From Okeania sp. (lineage in GTDB: Bacteria; Cyanobacteriota; Cyanobacteriia; Cyanobacteriales; Microcoleaceae), in contig NZ_JAYKGW010000036.1 of NCBI RefSeq assembly GCF_035285525.1, positions 13,058-45,057 of the forward strand: DNA of 32,000 nucleotides, in the 5' to 3' direction. Under the pieces are notes generated by a model. The model was not told where the DNA came from and did no database searches. It saw only the letters and a list, made by a program, of their open reading frames with translations. The stretch's first letter is position 1. Each line of letters opens with the position of its first letter. This document shows, in pieces, positions 18,922 to 27,965 of this stretch. Both the position numbers and the translations under genes were made by a program.

Positions 18922-19276
18922 ACATATCGAACTCTAGAAAAATTACGACCTTATCTGAAATATATCTATGAATTATGTTAAATTTTATTACTAGAGGGTA
19001 GGCAAGGAAAATTTTTTTTTGAAAAAATATACTTGCTGCTTCATTTATGTATCAGTTGGTATGATATTCGTATTGCTGATTCAAGGGTTACGGTTAAGTA
19101 TCTCTTCCTAACTACCCAGAAACTTAATTCATTAAAAAAGCAGTCAGCAGTCAGAAAGCAGGGAATTAAACCAAGCAAAAAACTGTTAACGCAGTTCCTC
19201 TGCCAAAGACTAGCTAAATGCTAAAAGCTGATAGCTAATTAACAAACAGCAATATTCATCTAGGATTTTTGACTTA

Positions 19277-19945
19277 ATGTTCACAAAACAGGTAACTGAT
19301 TCACCCGCTTATAAGTGGTTTGACGAACGCTTAGAAATTCAAGCGATTTCAGACGACATTACTAGCAAATATGTTCCACCCCATGTAAATATTTTCTACT
19401 GCTTAGGTGGAATTACTCTAATGTGCTTCCTAATCCAGTTTGCTACTGGATTTGCCATGACTTTCTACTACAAACCAACAGTAGCAGAAGCATTATCATC
19501 AGTCCAATACATTATGACTGAAGTAAACTTCGGTTGGCTAATTCGCTCCGTCCACCGTTGGTCTGCCAGTATGATGGTATTGATGATGATTCTTCATGTT
19601 TTCCGAGTATACCTCACAGGTGGTTTCAAAAAGCCCCGCGAGCTAACCTGGGTAACAGGAGTAGTTATGGCAGTAATTACAGTGAGCTTTGGTGTAACTG
19701 GTTATTCCTTACCTTGGGACCAAATTGGTTACTGGGCGGTAAAAATTGTATCTGGTGTACCTGATGCTATTCCATTTGTTGGTCCATTCATCGTAGAACT
19801 AATGCGTGGTAGTACAAGTGTTGGTCAAGCAACTCTAACTCGTTTCTACAGTCTTCATACTTTTGTATTACCTTGGTTTATTGCAGTATTTATGCTACTG
19901 CACTTCTTAATGATTCGTAAGCAAGGTATCTCTGGTCCTTTGTAA
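19277..19945 (+). CDS. petB: cytochrome b6
   Basis: 222 aa, near-invariant cytochrome b6 sequence ([37 protein letters not shown]...). Confidence 0.98.
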   Translation: MFTKQVTDSPAYKWFDERLEIQAISDDITSKYVPPHVNIFYCLGGITLMCFLIQFATGFAMTFYYKPTVAEALSSVQYIMTEVNFGWLIRSVHRWSASMMVLMMILHVFRVYLTGGFKKPRELTWVTGVVMAVITVSFGVTGYSLPWDQIGYWAVKIVSGVPDAIPFVGPFIVELMRGSTSVGQATLTRFYSLHTFVLPWFIAVFMLLHFLMIRKQGISGPL

Positions 19946-20217
19946 ATTAGGCTGCTATTAACAAGAAACTAAATTATCGAGTCAAACTCAGTTTGAGGCA
20001 TCGTAACTTCCACTGATAATTTTGCTACGGTAAATTTATTGAGTTACTGAAAAGCTTTAGAAGACTGAAAACTTGTGTTGAGCAAAATCTCAGACTACTA
20101 AATTTCAGTAGAAGTTCCCCAGAAAATTTTAACCCGTCGAGGAACCAAGTTTTGTGAGAAGCGTGTTGTCCTTCCTGCGGGATGAAAACTTCAACTATCA
20201 CGGAGAAGAAAACTTTT

Positions 20218-20700
20218 ATGTCCACATTAAAAAAACCGGATCTGAGCGATCCTAAATTAAGAGCTAAATTAGCTCAAGGTATGGGTCACAACTACTATGG
20301 TGAACCTGCTTGGCCTAATGATTTGCTCTATGTATTCCCAGTAGTAATGATGGGTACACTTGCTTTATGTATAGGTTTGGCTGTATTAGACCCTGCTATG
20401 GTTGGTGAACCAGCAAATCCATTTGCTACTCCTTTGGAAATTTTGCCTGAGTGGTATTTCTGGCCAGTTTTCCAAATTTTGCGTGTTGTACCTAATAAGT
20501 TATTGGGTATTGTAGCAATGGCTTCTATTCCTTTAGGATTAATGTTGGTTCCTTTCATTGAAAGTGTGAATAAGTTCCAAAATCCTTTCCGCCGTCCTGT
20601 AGCTACTGCTGTATTTTTGTTTGGTACTGCGGTTACTTTATGGTTAGGTATTGGTGCTACTTTTCCAATTGATAAGTCCTTCACTCTTGGTTTATTCTAA
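20218..20700 (+). CDS. petD: cytochrome b6-f complex subunit IV
   Basis: The track ORF opens at 20182. The canonical PetD N-terminus [38 protein letters not shown] starts at ATG 20218. Lies downstream of petB as in the petBD operon. Confidence 0.96.
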   Translation: MSTLKKPDLSDPKLRAKLAQGMGHNYYGEPAWPNDLLYVFPVVMMGTLALCIGLAVLDPAMVGEPANPFATPLEILPEWYFWPVFQILRVVPNKLLGIVAMASIPLGLMLVPFIESVNKFQNPFRRPVATAVFLFGTAVTLWLGIGATFPIDKSFTLGLF

Positions 20701-20707
20701 GATTTTG

Positions 20708-20819
20708 GATATCTAGATTCTCAGACTTAGATATCTAAAATTTTACGCCCTTTGTAGATTTTCTTCATAAGTACATTATGTATTTGTAGAAATTTTTCAG
20801 AGGGCGTAAATTTTTTTTT
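20708..20819 (+). terminator. petBD terminator region: two hairpins, the second followed by T9
   Basis: Hairpin 1 is GATATCTA(20708-15)/TAGATATC(20728-35). Hairpin 2 is TTTACGCCCTTTG (from 20742) paired with CAGAGGGCGTAAA (to 20810), 13 bp with one G-T, followed by TTTTTTTTT at 20811-20819. Confidence 0.65.
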
Positions 20820-21110
20820 GAATCTATCATGGGGTTAAGCCAATTTGATAAACTATATTAACTGCTTAATGACAGTTAATGCACGATTCATTAACTTCTC
20901 ACTCTGTCAGACTTGAAGACGAAATTATATACAAATAATTTAATTTTTCACGACTACTTAAATTTTCATACTTGGCTTCGGATGCTAAACTTTTATGATT
21001 GAATTTTAGTTTTGCCTGAAACGTCTTAAACTATCAGTAATAAATTATAAATGATCACTAATATGAGGGTGTTTCAGAAATAAAAATAATCTCAGAGAAG
21101 GGAAATAAAA

Positions 21111-22250
21111 TTGACTAACAAAGTTGCTCAAAAGAAAGAAAATATATTTATTTTTCTACAAGTTTTATCTTGTGAAGGTGGTATTCAGTCTTATGTAAGA
21201 GATATTTTTCAAGCTTATCAAGAGTTAACAAATTCTGTAAAATCTAACTACTCTTTCAAATCAGATATTTTGTTACTAAGAGATGGGAAAGATTGTGAAA
21301 ATCCCTATCAGTCGAAAAGTCTAAATTTTTATTATTTGAAAACTCAGTCTGTTTGGTTAGGGAGATTAAAATTAGCTACAACATTACTATGGTTCTTACT
21401 AAAAAAACAACCCAAACAAGTTTTTTGTGGTCATATTAATTTAGCTCCATTAGTGCAAACTTTGTGTGTACCTTTAGGCATTCCCTACACAATTTTAACT
21501 TATGGTAAAGAAGTATGGGAACCACTACCTAATAAATATCAACAAGCATTAAAACAAGCAACTAAAATATTAACTATTAGTCGTTATAGTCGCGACCAGT
21601 GTTGTGAAAGTAACCACCTTAATCCAGAAAAGTTTCAATTATTGCCTTGTATGGTAGATGGGGATAAATTTATTCCTGGACCTAAACCTGTAGATTTAAT
21701 TGAGCGTTACAATCTTCAAGGGGCAAAGGTATTAATGACCGTAGCTAGACTTTGGTCGGGAGACCCCTATAAAGGTGTGGATGTCACAATTCGAGCTTTG
21801 CCTAAGTTACTACAATTTTTCCCAGAAGTCAAGTATTTAGTAATAGGACGAGGAGATGACCAACCTCGTTTAGCTAAGTTAGCTGAAGATTTAGGGGTAA
21901 AGGAAAAAGTAGTATTTGCTGGATTTGTGCCTACAGAAGATTTAGTTAAACATTATCAGGTAGCTGATGCTTATGTGATGCCTTCTCAGGAAGGATTTGG
22001 TATTGTTTATTTAGAGGCAATGGCCTGTGGAGTGCCTGTTTTGTCGGGAGATGCTGATGGTTCGGCAGAACCTTTACAAGATGGAAAGTTAGGATGGCGC
22101 GTACCTCACCGAGACCCAGAAGCAGTAGCTAATGCTTGTATAGAAATGCTGAAGGGAGAGGATAAAAGATGTGATGGTGAATGGTTACGAGAGAAAAGTT
22201 TAAAGATTTTTGGTAAGGTAGCTTTTACTGAAAGAGTAAGACAACTTTAA
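21111..22250 (+). CDS. glycosyltransferase, GT4 (GT-B fold) family
   Basis: 379 aa with the C-terminal GT4 E-x7-E region (PSQEGFGIVYLEAMACGVPVL). TTG start in the track and no upstream in-frame ATG. Confidence 0.85.
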   Translation: MTNKVAQKKENIFIFLQVLSCEGGIQSYVRDIFQAYQELTNSVKSNYSFKSDILLLRDGKDCENPYQSKSLNFYYLKTQSVWLGRLKLATTLLWFLLKKQPKQVFCGHINLAPLVQTLCVPLGIPYTILTYGKEVWEPLPNKYQQALKQATKILTISRYSRDQCCESNHLNPEKFQLLPCMVDGDKFIPGPKPVDLIERYNLQGAKVLMTVARLWSGDPYKGVDVTIRALPKLLQFFPEVKYLVIGRGDDQPRLAKLAEDLGVKEKVVFAGFVPTEDLVKHYQVADAYVMPSQEGFGIVYLEAMACGVPVLSGDADGSAEPLQDGKLGWRVPHRDPEAVANACIEMLKGEDKRCDGEWLREKSLKIFGKVAFTERVRQL

Positions 22251-22325
22251 AAATAATTAATAATTAATAATTAGGGTTTACTGATTAAATCTAAAAGGAT
22301 TAACAGAAAGAAGTTAAAATAATTA

Positions 22326-22463
22326 GGATAGCAATCCTAAATAGGTTGTGAAAAATCAAAAAGTAAATAAAAAAAATGAAACTCTTCCCTGTTCCCTGCT
22401 CTATGTTCCCTATTCCCTAAAAGCAACTAAATTTTTGACACGAATCAAATAGGATTGCTATAG
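22326..22463. mobile_element. family K MITE-like element, intact reference copy
   Basis: Terminal inverted repeats are TAGCAATCCTA (22329-39) and TAGGATTGCTA (22450-60). The interior is AAATCAAAAAGTAAATAAAAAAAATGAAACTCTTCCCTGTTCCCTGC. Confidence 0.7.
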
Positions 22464-22829
22464 TTAATAACTAATATAGCGCTTTCTATTGTTATGAGGT
22501 AAATCTTTTGCGGGCAAAATGCCCACACTAGAAAATTTATAATTAATATTTTTACCTTATAGTTTCGGAATTTGCTGTAATTAATAATTAAGGTTTAAGG
22601 AAGCTATTATGAACGACTACCTATTCTATAACTTCCTTTTTATCGTGATTCTTAACTATTTTCTACTTCAACAAAAAGATTTTTTTTCAGCAAGCCTTAA
22701 TTAATAATTGCCTCTGGTTAAAATTTAGAGAATTGAACTAATTATTCTGTCGGCGTGATCATCATTTAATAACTCATAGCTTATAGCTAAATGTTTACGA
22801 ATAAAATTTATTATAAGGAGATAATTTAA

Positions 22830-23210
22830 GTGAATCAAGGAAACTCAAAAATATTTCAATTAACTATGTCTAGTATTGGTAACTGGCTAATTGTTTTAGC
22901 TGTTGTTTGGTTACTAGGTTCTGTAGGTTTAGGATGGCTAGTTAATTCTATTTTAATATTATTTGGTTTTATTTTAATTGCACCTGTAGTTGGCTTTATT
23001 GGTCTACGTTGGTGGTTAAATCGCAATTTAATTATTGATAAATGTCCGGTTTGTAGTTATGAATTTACTGCTTTAAACCAAACTCAATGTCAATGTCCTA
23101 ATTGTGGAGAACCTCTTAAAGTTGAAGAAGGTAATTTTATTAGGTTAACTCCTCCTGGTACTATTGATGTTTCTGCGGTAGAAATTAATGCCAAACAAAT
23201 TGAAGAGTAA
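22830..23210 (+). CDS. small membrane protein with C-terminal zinc-ribbon (CPVC...CPNC)
   Basis: 126 aa. GTG start 9 nt after AAGGAG (22815-22820). Two TM helices, then CPVCSYEF...CQCPNCGEPL. Confidence 0.55.
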   Translation: MNQGNSKIFQLTMSSIGNWLIVLAVVWLLGSVGLGWLVNSILILFGFILIAPVVGFIGLRWWLNRNLIIDKCPVCSYEFTALNQTQCQCPNCGEPLKVEEGNFIRLTPPGTIDVSAVEINAKQIEE

Positions 23211-23304
23211 GCATTCAGCATTTAGCATTCAGCATTCAGCTATGAACTATTAACTCATTATTTGGCAATAGGAAAGAGCTGACTGCTAATACCTAAATGT
23301 TTAC
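23207..23304. mobile_element. family S element, copy 5, filling the gap between the convergent Zn-ribbon and EEP genes
   Basis: The left end GTAAGCATTCAGC overlaps the TAA stop (23208-10) and runs into AGCATTC heptamers (23210-23244). The reverse complement of the right end is GTAAACATTTAGGTATTAGCAGTCAGC, ending 55 nt after the EEP stop. Confidence 0.65.
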
Positions 23305-23359
23305 CTGAATCCTAAGTTTTAACCTAAATATTTATAGCAAAAATTTATCGTACCTGGTA

Positions 23360-24358
23360 TTATTTACTAATGAATAAATCTGCAATTATAGGTATATGAT
23401 CTGAACCTAATTTGGAACTTAAATTAGCTTTGGTTTCAACATTTACAACTTTAATTTCTGAACTGATTAAACAATGATCTATAGGAATTTGAAAAAATCT
23501 AGATAGAATATAAAATACTATTGATTTACTAAATCCTTTGCCAGGCCAAGTAGGAAGAATACCAAAGCCTAAACGAGTATTTCTTAACCCTGTTTCCTGT
23601 TCTAATTTTTGATAGTAAGGAGACCACATGGTAATATTCAAATCTCCTCCTAGAATGACTGGATTATTTAATTGTTGAATATATTTAGCAAGTTCTTCTA
23701 ATATTTGATTCCGTTTTTGAAAGGTACTTACTTTTATAGGAACGGTGGGATGGGTTGCTATTAAGTTAATAACTTTTTGATTAATTTTAAATTCGGTAAT
23801 AATAGTAGCTCTTTCTGGAGCAAAAAATTCTATTGAATAATTATTGAGAGGAAATTTGCTGTAAATTACTATAATTTCAGAAGAAGACTGAGCATAAATT
23901 GAATAGGGTAAAGTATCTGATAATGTTTGGAGTTTTTGCAGCCATATATTGGTGGCTTCTAAAAAAATTGCTATATCTGGATTTTCTGCTTTTACCATTT
24001 CGGTAATTTGTGAATATCGATCATTTCTGCCTCCGTAAATATTGTGAACTAAAATTCGTAAGTTAGGAGTTTCTTGACTAATACTATTTTGATTAATATA
24101 CCAGGGTAAAATAGGAGTGAGATTGATAACTGTGCAAAATATACCGATAAATAAAAGTCTTTTTTCGCCTATTATGGCTAAACATAATAGCAAGATTAAA
24201 CTAATTACAAAATATTGAATTTTGAAATGAGAGATTAGCTCGAAAATAATACCTTTTTGCCAATAACCTGCTAGGGAAAATAAAGTGGTAATAATTATTC
24301 CTGTTGTTAGTAGGTAACTGATGATTGTTTCTATTAGATCAAGATAATATTTTTGCAT
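23360..24358 (-). CDS. membrane-anchored endonuclease/exonuclease/phosphatase (EEP) family protein
   Basis: 332 aa. Three N-terminal TM helices, then EEP motifs (LRILVHNIY, FLEAT, LGGDLNIT, GSDHIPI). Confidence 0.8.
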   Translation of the reverse strand: MQKYYLDLIETIISYLLTTGIIITTLFSLAGYWQKGIIFELISHFKIQYFVISLILLLCLAIIGEKRLLFIGIFCTVINLTPILPWYINQNSISQETPNLRILVHNIYGGRNDRYSQITEMVKAENPDIAIFLEATNIWLQKLQTLSDTLPYSIYAQSSSEIIVIYSKFPLNNYSIEFFAPERATIITEFKINQKVINLIATHPTVPIKVSTFQKRNQILEELAKYIQQLNNPVILGGDLNITMWSPYYQKLEQETGLRNTRLGFGILPTWPGKGFSKSIVFYILSRFFQIPIDHCLISSEIKVVNVETKANLSSKLGSDHIPIIADLFISK

Positions 24359-24384
24359 ATTCTCATCATCCTTTATTAATAATT

Positions 24385-24490
24385 ACAGCAAATTCCAAGT
24401 ACATTGAAGTACACATATTAATAATCAAATCTTTTCAGTGTCAGCCGGAAATGTCTCGTGGGTGTACCTTACTAAAGTCGAATCTGCTGT
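24385..24490. mobile_element. family A MITE, copy 3
   Basis: ACAGCAAATTCCAAGTACATTGAAGTACACATATTAAT ... GGTGTACCTTACTAAAGTCGAATCTGCTGT. Lies 26 nt upstream of the EEP start codon. An extra partial 3-prime half sits at 24521-24551. Confidence 0.75.
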
Positions 24491-24751
24491 GAATGTTGCC
24501 AGTATCCGCATCTTGTCTGGGTGAGCTTACCTCATGAAGGTAGAATGGGTTTTCTAATTACTGTAAATTTGAGAAGATACTATTTTTGTTGAATAAAAAA
24601 TCATACACATAGGCGAACGAACCATTATAGAATAACTATATCAGAATTTTTCAATATTTACAACCTCCGATTATTGTTTGAAAATTTTTGGGGGAAGCTC
24701 TTGAAAATGAAATGAAATTTGGTAGTTATATTAAATTCGCCATGTAAACCC

Positions 24752-24784
24752 AGAAACCCGGTTTCTTCAAGAAACCAGGTTTCT
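24752..24784. repeat. family P hairpin (P2)
   Basis: AGAAACCCGGTTTCT TCA AGAAACCAGGTTTCT. 14 of 15 bp pair, with a central C-A mismatch. Confidence 0.8.
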
Positions 24785-24809
24785 TTGCTTAGTTTCGATG
24801 TCAAATATT

Positions 24810-24897
24810 CAGGACTTACGCAATACTATCTATAGAGTTCAAAAACTATTGTGCAATAGTTTTAAGCGCTATATGTAGCGTCACTGGGTAAGTCCTA
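24810..24897. mobile_element. family B MITE, copy 2 (no nested insert)
   Basis: CAGGACTTACGCA ... GGGTAAGTCCTA, flanked by a perfect ATATT duplication (24805-09 and 24898-902). Confidence 0.8.
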
Positions 24898-24931
24898 ATA
24901 TTAATCAAAAGATACTATTCCTCTCTAAACT

Positions 24932-25504
24932 CTATCTAATAGGAATTACTTTCCATTGTGCATTAGCTCTACCTGCTGGATTACCACCATGAACTGTGAC
25001 AGTATCCTGTGTAACACCCTTCTCCAGAGCAGTAGGAGAACAACCGTTACACCGAGCTACATATTCCCCTGAATTAGCCTTGAAGGCATAGTTGCCATTG
25101 GGCAGTAATTCTGGTGTAAATTGAGCGTTAAGATTATTTGGGTTGTCGTGAAAAATAACTAGAAAGTCAGAAACTGCGCCATCTTTGATACAACCATTAC
25201 ACCGACCTATATATTTGCCAATGTCAGCTTTCAAAGCAATTTTTCCACCACTAACAGGAACAACTGTGAACTGAGCATGACCAACGTTGTATCCGTCTCG
25301 AAGTGTCACAGTATCTGGAATAGGAGTAGGACCCAAAGTTTCTTGACAGTCTCTACACCGAGCCATAAATGTTCCAGTGTCAGCTACTTGCAAAGCCACT
25401 TTTCCTCTGGGAAATGAGCTGTCTTGACTATTTGCTAAGGGAGCAGTTAAGGTCAGAGGCTTAATAGCTGCCAGAGTTAATGCTAATGTAAACCACTTTT
25501 TCAT
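24932..25504 (-). CDS. secreted protein with three internal ~50-aa repeats (beta-trefoil candidate)
   Basis: 190 aa with a signal peptide. Three repeats each carry G-x-[FY]-[MIV]-[AG]-RC-x-[DG]-C and end in AQ[FW]: GTFMARCRDC...AQFTV; GKYIGRCNGC...AQFTP; GEYVARCNGC...AQWKV. Confidence 0.7.
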   Translation of the reverse strand: MKKWFTLALTLAAIKPLTLTAPLANSQDSSFPRGKVALQVADTGTFMARCRDCQETLGPTPIPDTVTLRDGYNVGHAQFTVVPVSGGKIALKADIGKYIGRCNGCIKDGAVSDFLVIFHDNPNNLNAQFTPELLPNGNYAFKANSGEYVARCNGCSPTALEKGVTQDTVTVHGGNPAGRANAQWKVIPIR

Positions 25505-25658
25505 TTTATGTATAATTAGTTACAAACTTAGCGTTGAAAAAAAATCAATACTATTAACAAATAAAAAAAATTATATATTATATCATAATTTTTGGCATTA
25601 TCCAAAATTTTATTTTGGTGGAGGAAATTTTAGAGGGGGGGTTTAGGGAGGCAAAACC

Positions 25659-25691
25659 AGAAACCCGGTTTCTCCAAGAAACCGGGTTTCT
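25659..25691. repeat. family P hairpin (P3)
   Basis: AGAAACCCGGTTTCT CCA AGAAACCGGGTTTCT. A 15-bp perfect stem with a 3-nt loop. Confidence 0.85.
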
Positions 25692-25724
25692 TTGCGGTAA
25701 GTTCTGACAATATCAACATAAAAA

Positions 25725-25892
25725 TTAAGGGGCGAGTTTAGGAAAATTATGACTGGAAATTTCAGATTTTCTAGAGAAACCCGCCCCTACAGAATATGAA
25801 CATTAATATTGAAGGGCGAGTTTAGGAAAATTATGACTGGAAATTTCAGATTTTCTAGAGAAACCCGCCCCTACAGAATATGAATATTAAAA
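25725..25892 (+). repeat. 84-bp tandem duplication of a family L hairpin element
   Basis: Two near-identical units. Each contains GGGGCGAGTTTAGGAAAATTATGACTGGAAATTTCAGATTTTCTAGAGAAACCCGCCCC, and GGCGAG starts at 25731 and 25815. The array ends 80 bp upstream of purH. Confidence 0.9.
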
Positions 25893-25972
25893 TAATCCGC
25901 AGAGTTTCAAATTCTTAATTTTAATTATTAAAATTATAGACTGTTATTTCTCTAATTTAGAATTTAAAATTA

Positions 25973-27526
25973 ATGACACGTTTAGCATTACTCAGTACAT
26001 CTGATAAAACAGGTTTAATTGATTTAGCAAAAAGTTTAGTTACAGAATTTGACTATCACATAATTAGTAGTGGCGGTACTGCTAAAACTCTCAAAGATGC
26101 CGGAATTTCTGTTACTAAAGTTTCTGACTATACAGGTTTTCCAGAAATTTTAGGAGGCAGAGTTAAAACCTTACATCCTAAGATTCATGGAGGTATTTTA
26201 GCCAGAAAAGATTTACCTGAAGATATTGAAGAATTAAATGCTAATAATATTCGACCTATCGATTTAGTTGTAGTTAATTTATATCCTTTTCAACAAACAA
26301 TTTCTCAACCAGGAGTTACCCTAGCAGAAGCAATTGAAAAAATTGATATTGGCGGTCCGGCAATGTTAAGAGCATCAGCTAAAAATTTTGCTCATCTAAC
26401 AGTTTTATGTAATCCCAATCAATATAATTCTTATTTAGAAGAACTACGGAAAAATGAAGGAGAAGCATCCTTAGAATTTAGGCAAAAATGTGCATTAGCA
26501 GGATTCCAACATACCGCAACTTACGACCAGGCGATCGCTACTTATTTACAAGAACAAGAAACAGTTTCTGAGGGAGAAAATTCAGAATCAGAAATGTTTT
26601 TCTTATCAGGTAAGAAAGTTAAAACTTTGCGTTATGGAGAAAATCCTCATCAGTCTGCTACTTGGTATCAAACAGGAATTAATGCTAGTGGTTGGGCGAA
26701 AAGTAAAATTATTCAAGGTAAGGAATTAAGCTATAATAATTTAGTAGATTTAGAGGCAGCAAGACGAATTATTAGAGAATTTTCTGATGCTCCAACTGTG
26801 GCAATTCTTAAACATACAAATCCTTGTGGAGTAGCAGTTGATGAGAATCTTTTAAGTGCTTATGAAAAGGCTTTTGCTGGAGATTCGATTTCTGCTTTTG
26901 GGGGAATTGTGGCTTTAAATCAATCTATTGATGCAGCAACTGCTAAAGCAATGACTAAGACTTTTTTAGAATGTGTAGTTGCTCCTGGATGTGAACCAGA
27001 AGCAGAAGAAATTTTTCGGAAAAAATCTAAATTAAGAGTATTAATTTCACCAGATTTAAACGAGGGTGAAAAGGAAACTATTAAGGTAATTGCTGGTGGT
27101 TTTTTAGTACAAGATGCTGATGATCAAATAGATAATTCTGATGATTGGAAAGTTGTTACCGAAAAACAACCTACTGCTGAAGAAATGGATGAATTAATGT
27201 TTGCTTGGAAAGTGGTAAAACACGTTAAATCTAATGCTATTGTGGTGACAAAAAATAAAGCTACTATTGGTATTGGTGCTGGTCAAATGAATCGAGTTGG
27301 GGCAGTAAAAATAGCTTTAGAACAAGCAGGAGAAAAAGCTGTTGGTGGAGTATTAGCTAGTGATGCTTTTTTCCCTTTTGATGATTCGGTAAGAACAGCA
27401 GCAGCAGCAGGAATAACTGCAATTATTCAACCAGGTGGTAGTTTAAAAGATAAAGATTCTATTGCTGCAGCAAATGAGTTAGGTTTGGTGATGATACTAA
27501 CTGGAATGCGTCATTTTTTACATTAG
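25973..27526 (+). CDS. purH: bifunctional AICAR formyltransferase / IMP cyclohydrolase
   Basis: 517 aa with MGS-like N-domain (ALLSTSDKTGL, GGTAKTL, GRVKTLHP) and AICARFT C-domain (KHTNPCG, GAGQMNRV, ASDAFFPF, GMRHFLH). Confidence 0.97.
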   Translation: MTRLALLSTSDKTGLIDLAKSLVTEFDYHIISSGGTAKTLKDAGISVTKVSDYTGFPEILGGRVKTLHPKIHGGILARKDLPEDIEELNANNIRPIDLVVVNLYPFQQTISQPGVTLAEAIEKIDIGGPAMLRASAKNFAHLTVLCNPNQYNSYLEELRKNEGEASLEFRQKCALAGFQHTATYDQAIATYLQEQETVSEGENSESEMFFLSGKKVKTLRYGENPHQSATWYQTGINASGWAKSKIIQGKELSYNNLVDLEAARRIIREFSDAPTVAILKHTNPCGVAVDENLLSAYEKAFAGDSISAFGGIVALNQSIDAATAKAMTKTFLECVVAPGCEPEAEEIFRKKSKLRVLISPDLNEGEKETIKVIAGGFLVQDADDQIDNSDDWKVVTEKQPTAEEMDELMFAWKVVKHVKSNAIVVTKNKATIGIGAGQMNRVGAVKIALEQAGEKAVGGVLASDAFFPFDDSVRTAAAAGITAIIQPGGSLKDKDSIAAANELGLVMILTGMRHFLH

Positions 27527-27534
27527 CAATTTTG

Positions 27535-27570
27535 TTAGCATTAAGCATTCAACAGTCAGCTATCAGCTAT
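27535..27570 (+). repeat. family S end, 8 nt after the purH stop
   Basis: TTAGCATTAAGCATTCAACAGTCAGCTATCAGCTAT. Confidence 0.6.
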
Positions 27571-27580
27571 TTTTTATTCA

Positions 27581-27735
27581 CAGGACTTACGCAAAGGCAC
27601 TATATATAGAGTCTAGGTGCATTACGCTACCGCTTTTCATGTCGCGCAGCGTTTCGGCCCTTGAGCCGACATATAAAGCAGAGCTTTGCGGAACGCAAAA
27701 CACACCCTAAATATAGCGTTCATGCGTAAGTCCTG
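27581..27735. mobile_element. family B MITE, copy 3, carrying a nested family C element (~27615-27709)
   Basis: CAGGACTTACGCA ... ATGCGTAAGTCCTG, flanked by a perfect ATTCA duplication (27576-80 and 27736-40). The centre is replaced by GGTGCATTACGC...GCAAAACACACCC, which also occurs in B5 and B7. Confidence 0.85.
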
Positions 27736-27746
27736 ATTCACTCATT

Positions 27747-27925
27747 CAGGACTTATGCAAAGGTACTATAGTCATTCTGATGTAGATTGAGACAAGATTT
27801 TCTTGCTGTCAAAGGGTTTTCGCTGAAAAAGTGTTCCATTCTTATTCGGAATGACTATATATATATAGTCAAAAAACTATTGCGTATGGGGTAGCACCAT
27901 ATCTAGGGTTGCTCCGTAAGTCCTG
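27747..27925. mobile_element. family B MITE, copy 4, carrying nested family D
   Basis: CAGGACTTATGCA ... CCGTAAGTCCTG, flanked by a perfect TCATT duplication (27742-46 and 27926-30). Confidence 0.85.
27771..27855. mobile_element. family D mini-element nested in B4
   Basis: GTCATTCTGA ... TCGGAATGAC inverted ends, flanked by TA on both sides. The uninterrupted relative B3 reads ACTATATATAG at this site. Confidence 0.6.
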
Positions 27926-27965
27926 TCATTATTACATTATAAAAATCCTATTTGAGGTCGTAATT

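Noticed and set aside
18772-18981. 69-aa ORF rich in FLLPSS repeats
   Set aside because: It is the literal translation of the CCTTCTT heptamer tract. It has no start context and is not a gene.
22609-22704. 31-codon hydrophobic ORF (MNDYLFYNFLFIVILNYFLLQQKDFFSASLN) with AAGGAAG upstream
   Set aside because: It is bracketed by an inverted repeat (AATTAATAATTAAGG / CCTTAATTAATAATT), which suggests another small element. It has no recognisable family and a very AT-biased composition. It cannot be supported as a gene.
22830-24358. Zn-ribbon membrane protein plus EEP nuclease-like protein as a two-gene system
   Set aside because: The genes are convergent and separated by a repeat element, so they cannot be co-transcribed. 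Both have ordinary housekeeping-like features, and there are no defence-associated domains.
27926-27965. Minus-strand reading RITTSNRIFIM** as a possible decayed BrnT C-terminus (RIISAR motif)
   Set aside because: Only R-I and similar-class residues match over six positions. The stretch is too short and degenerate to claim.
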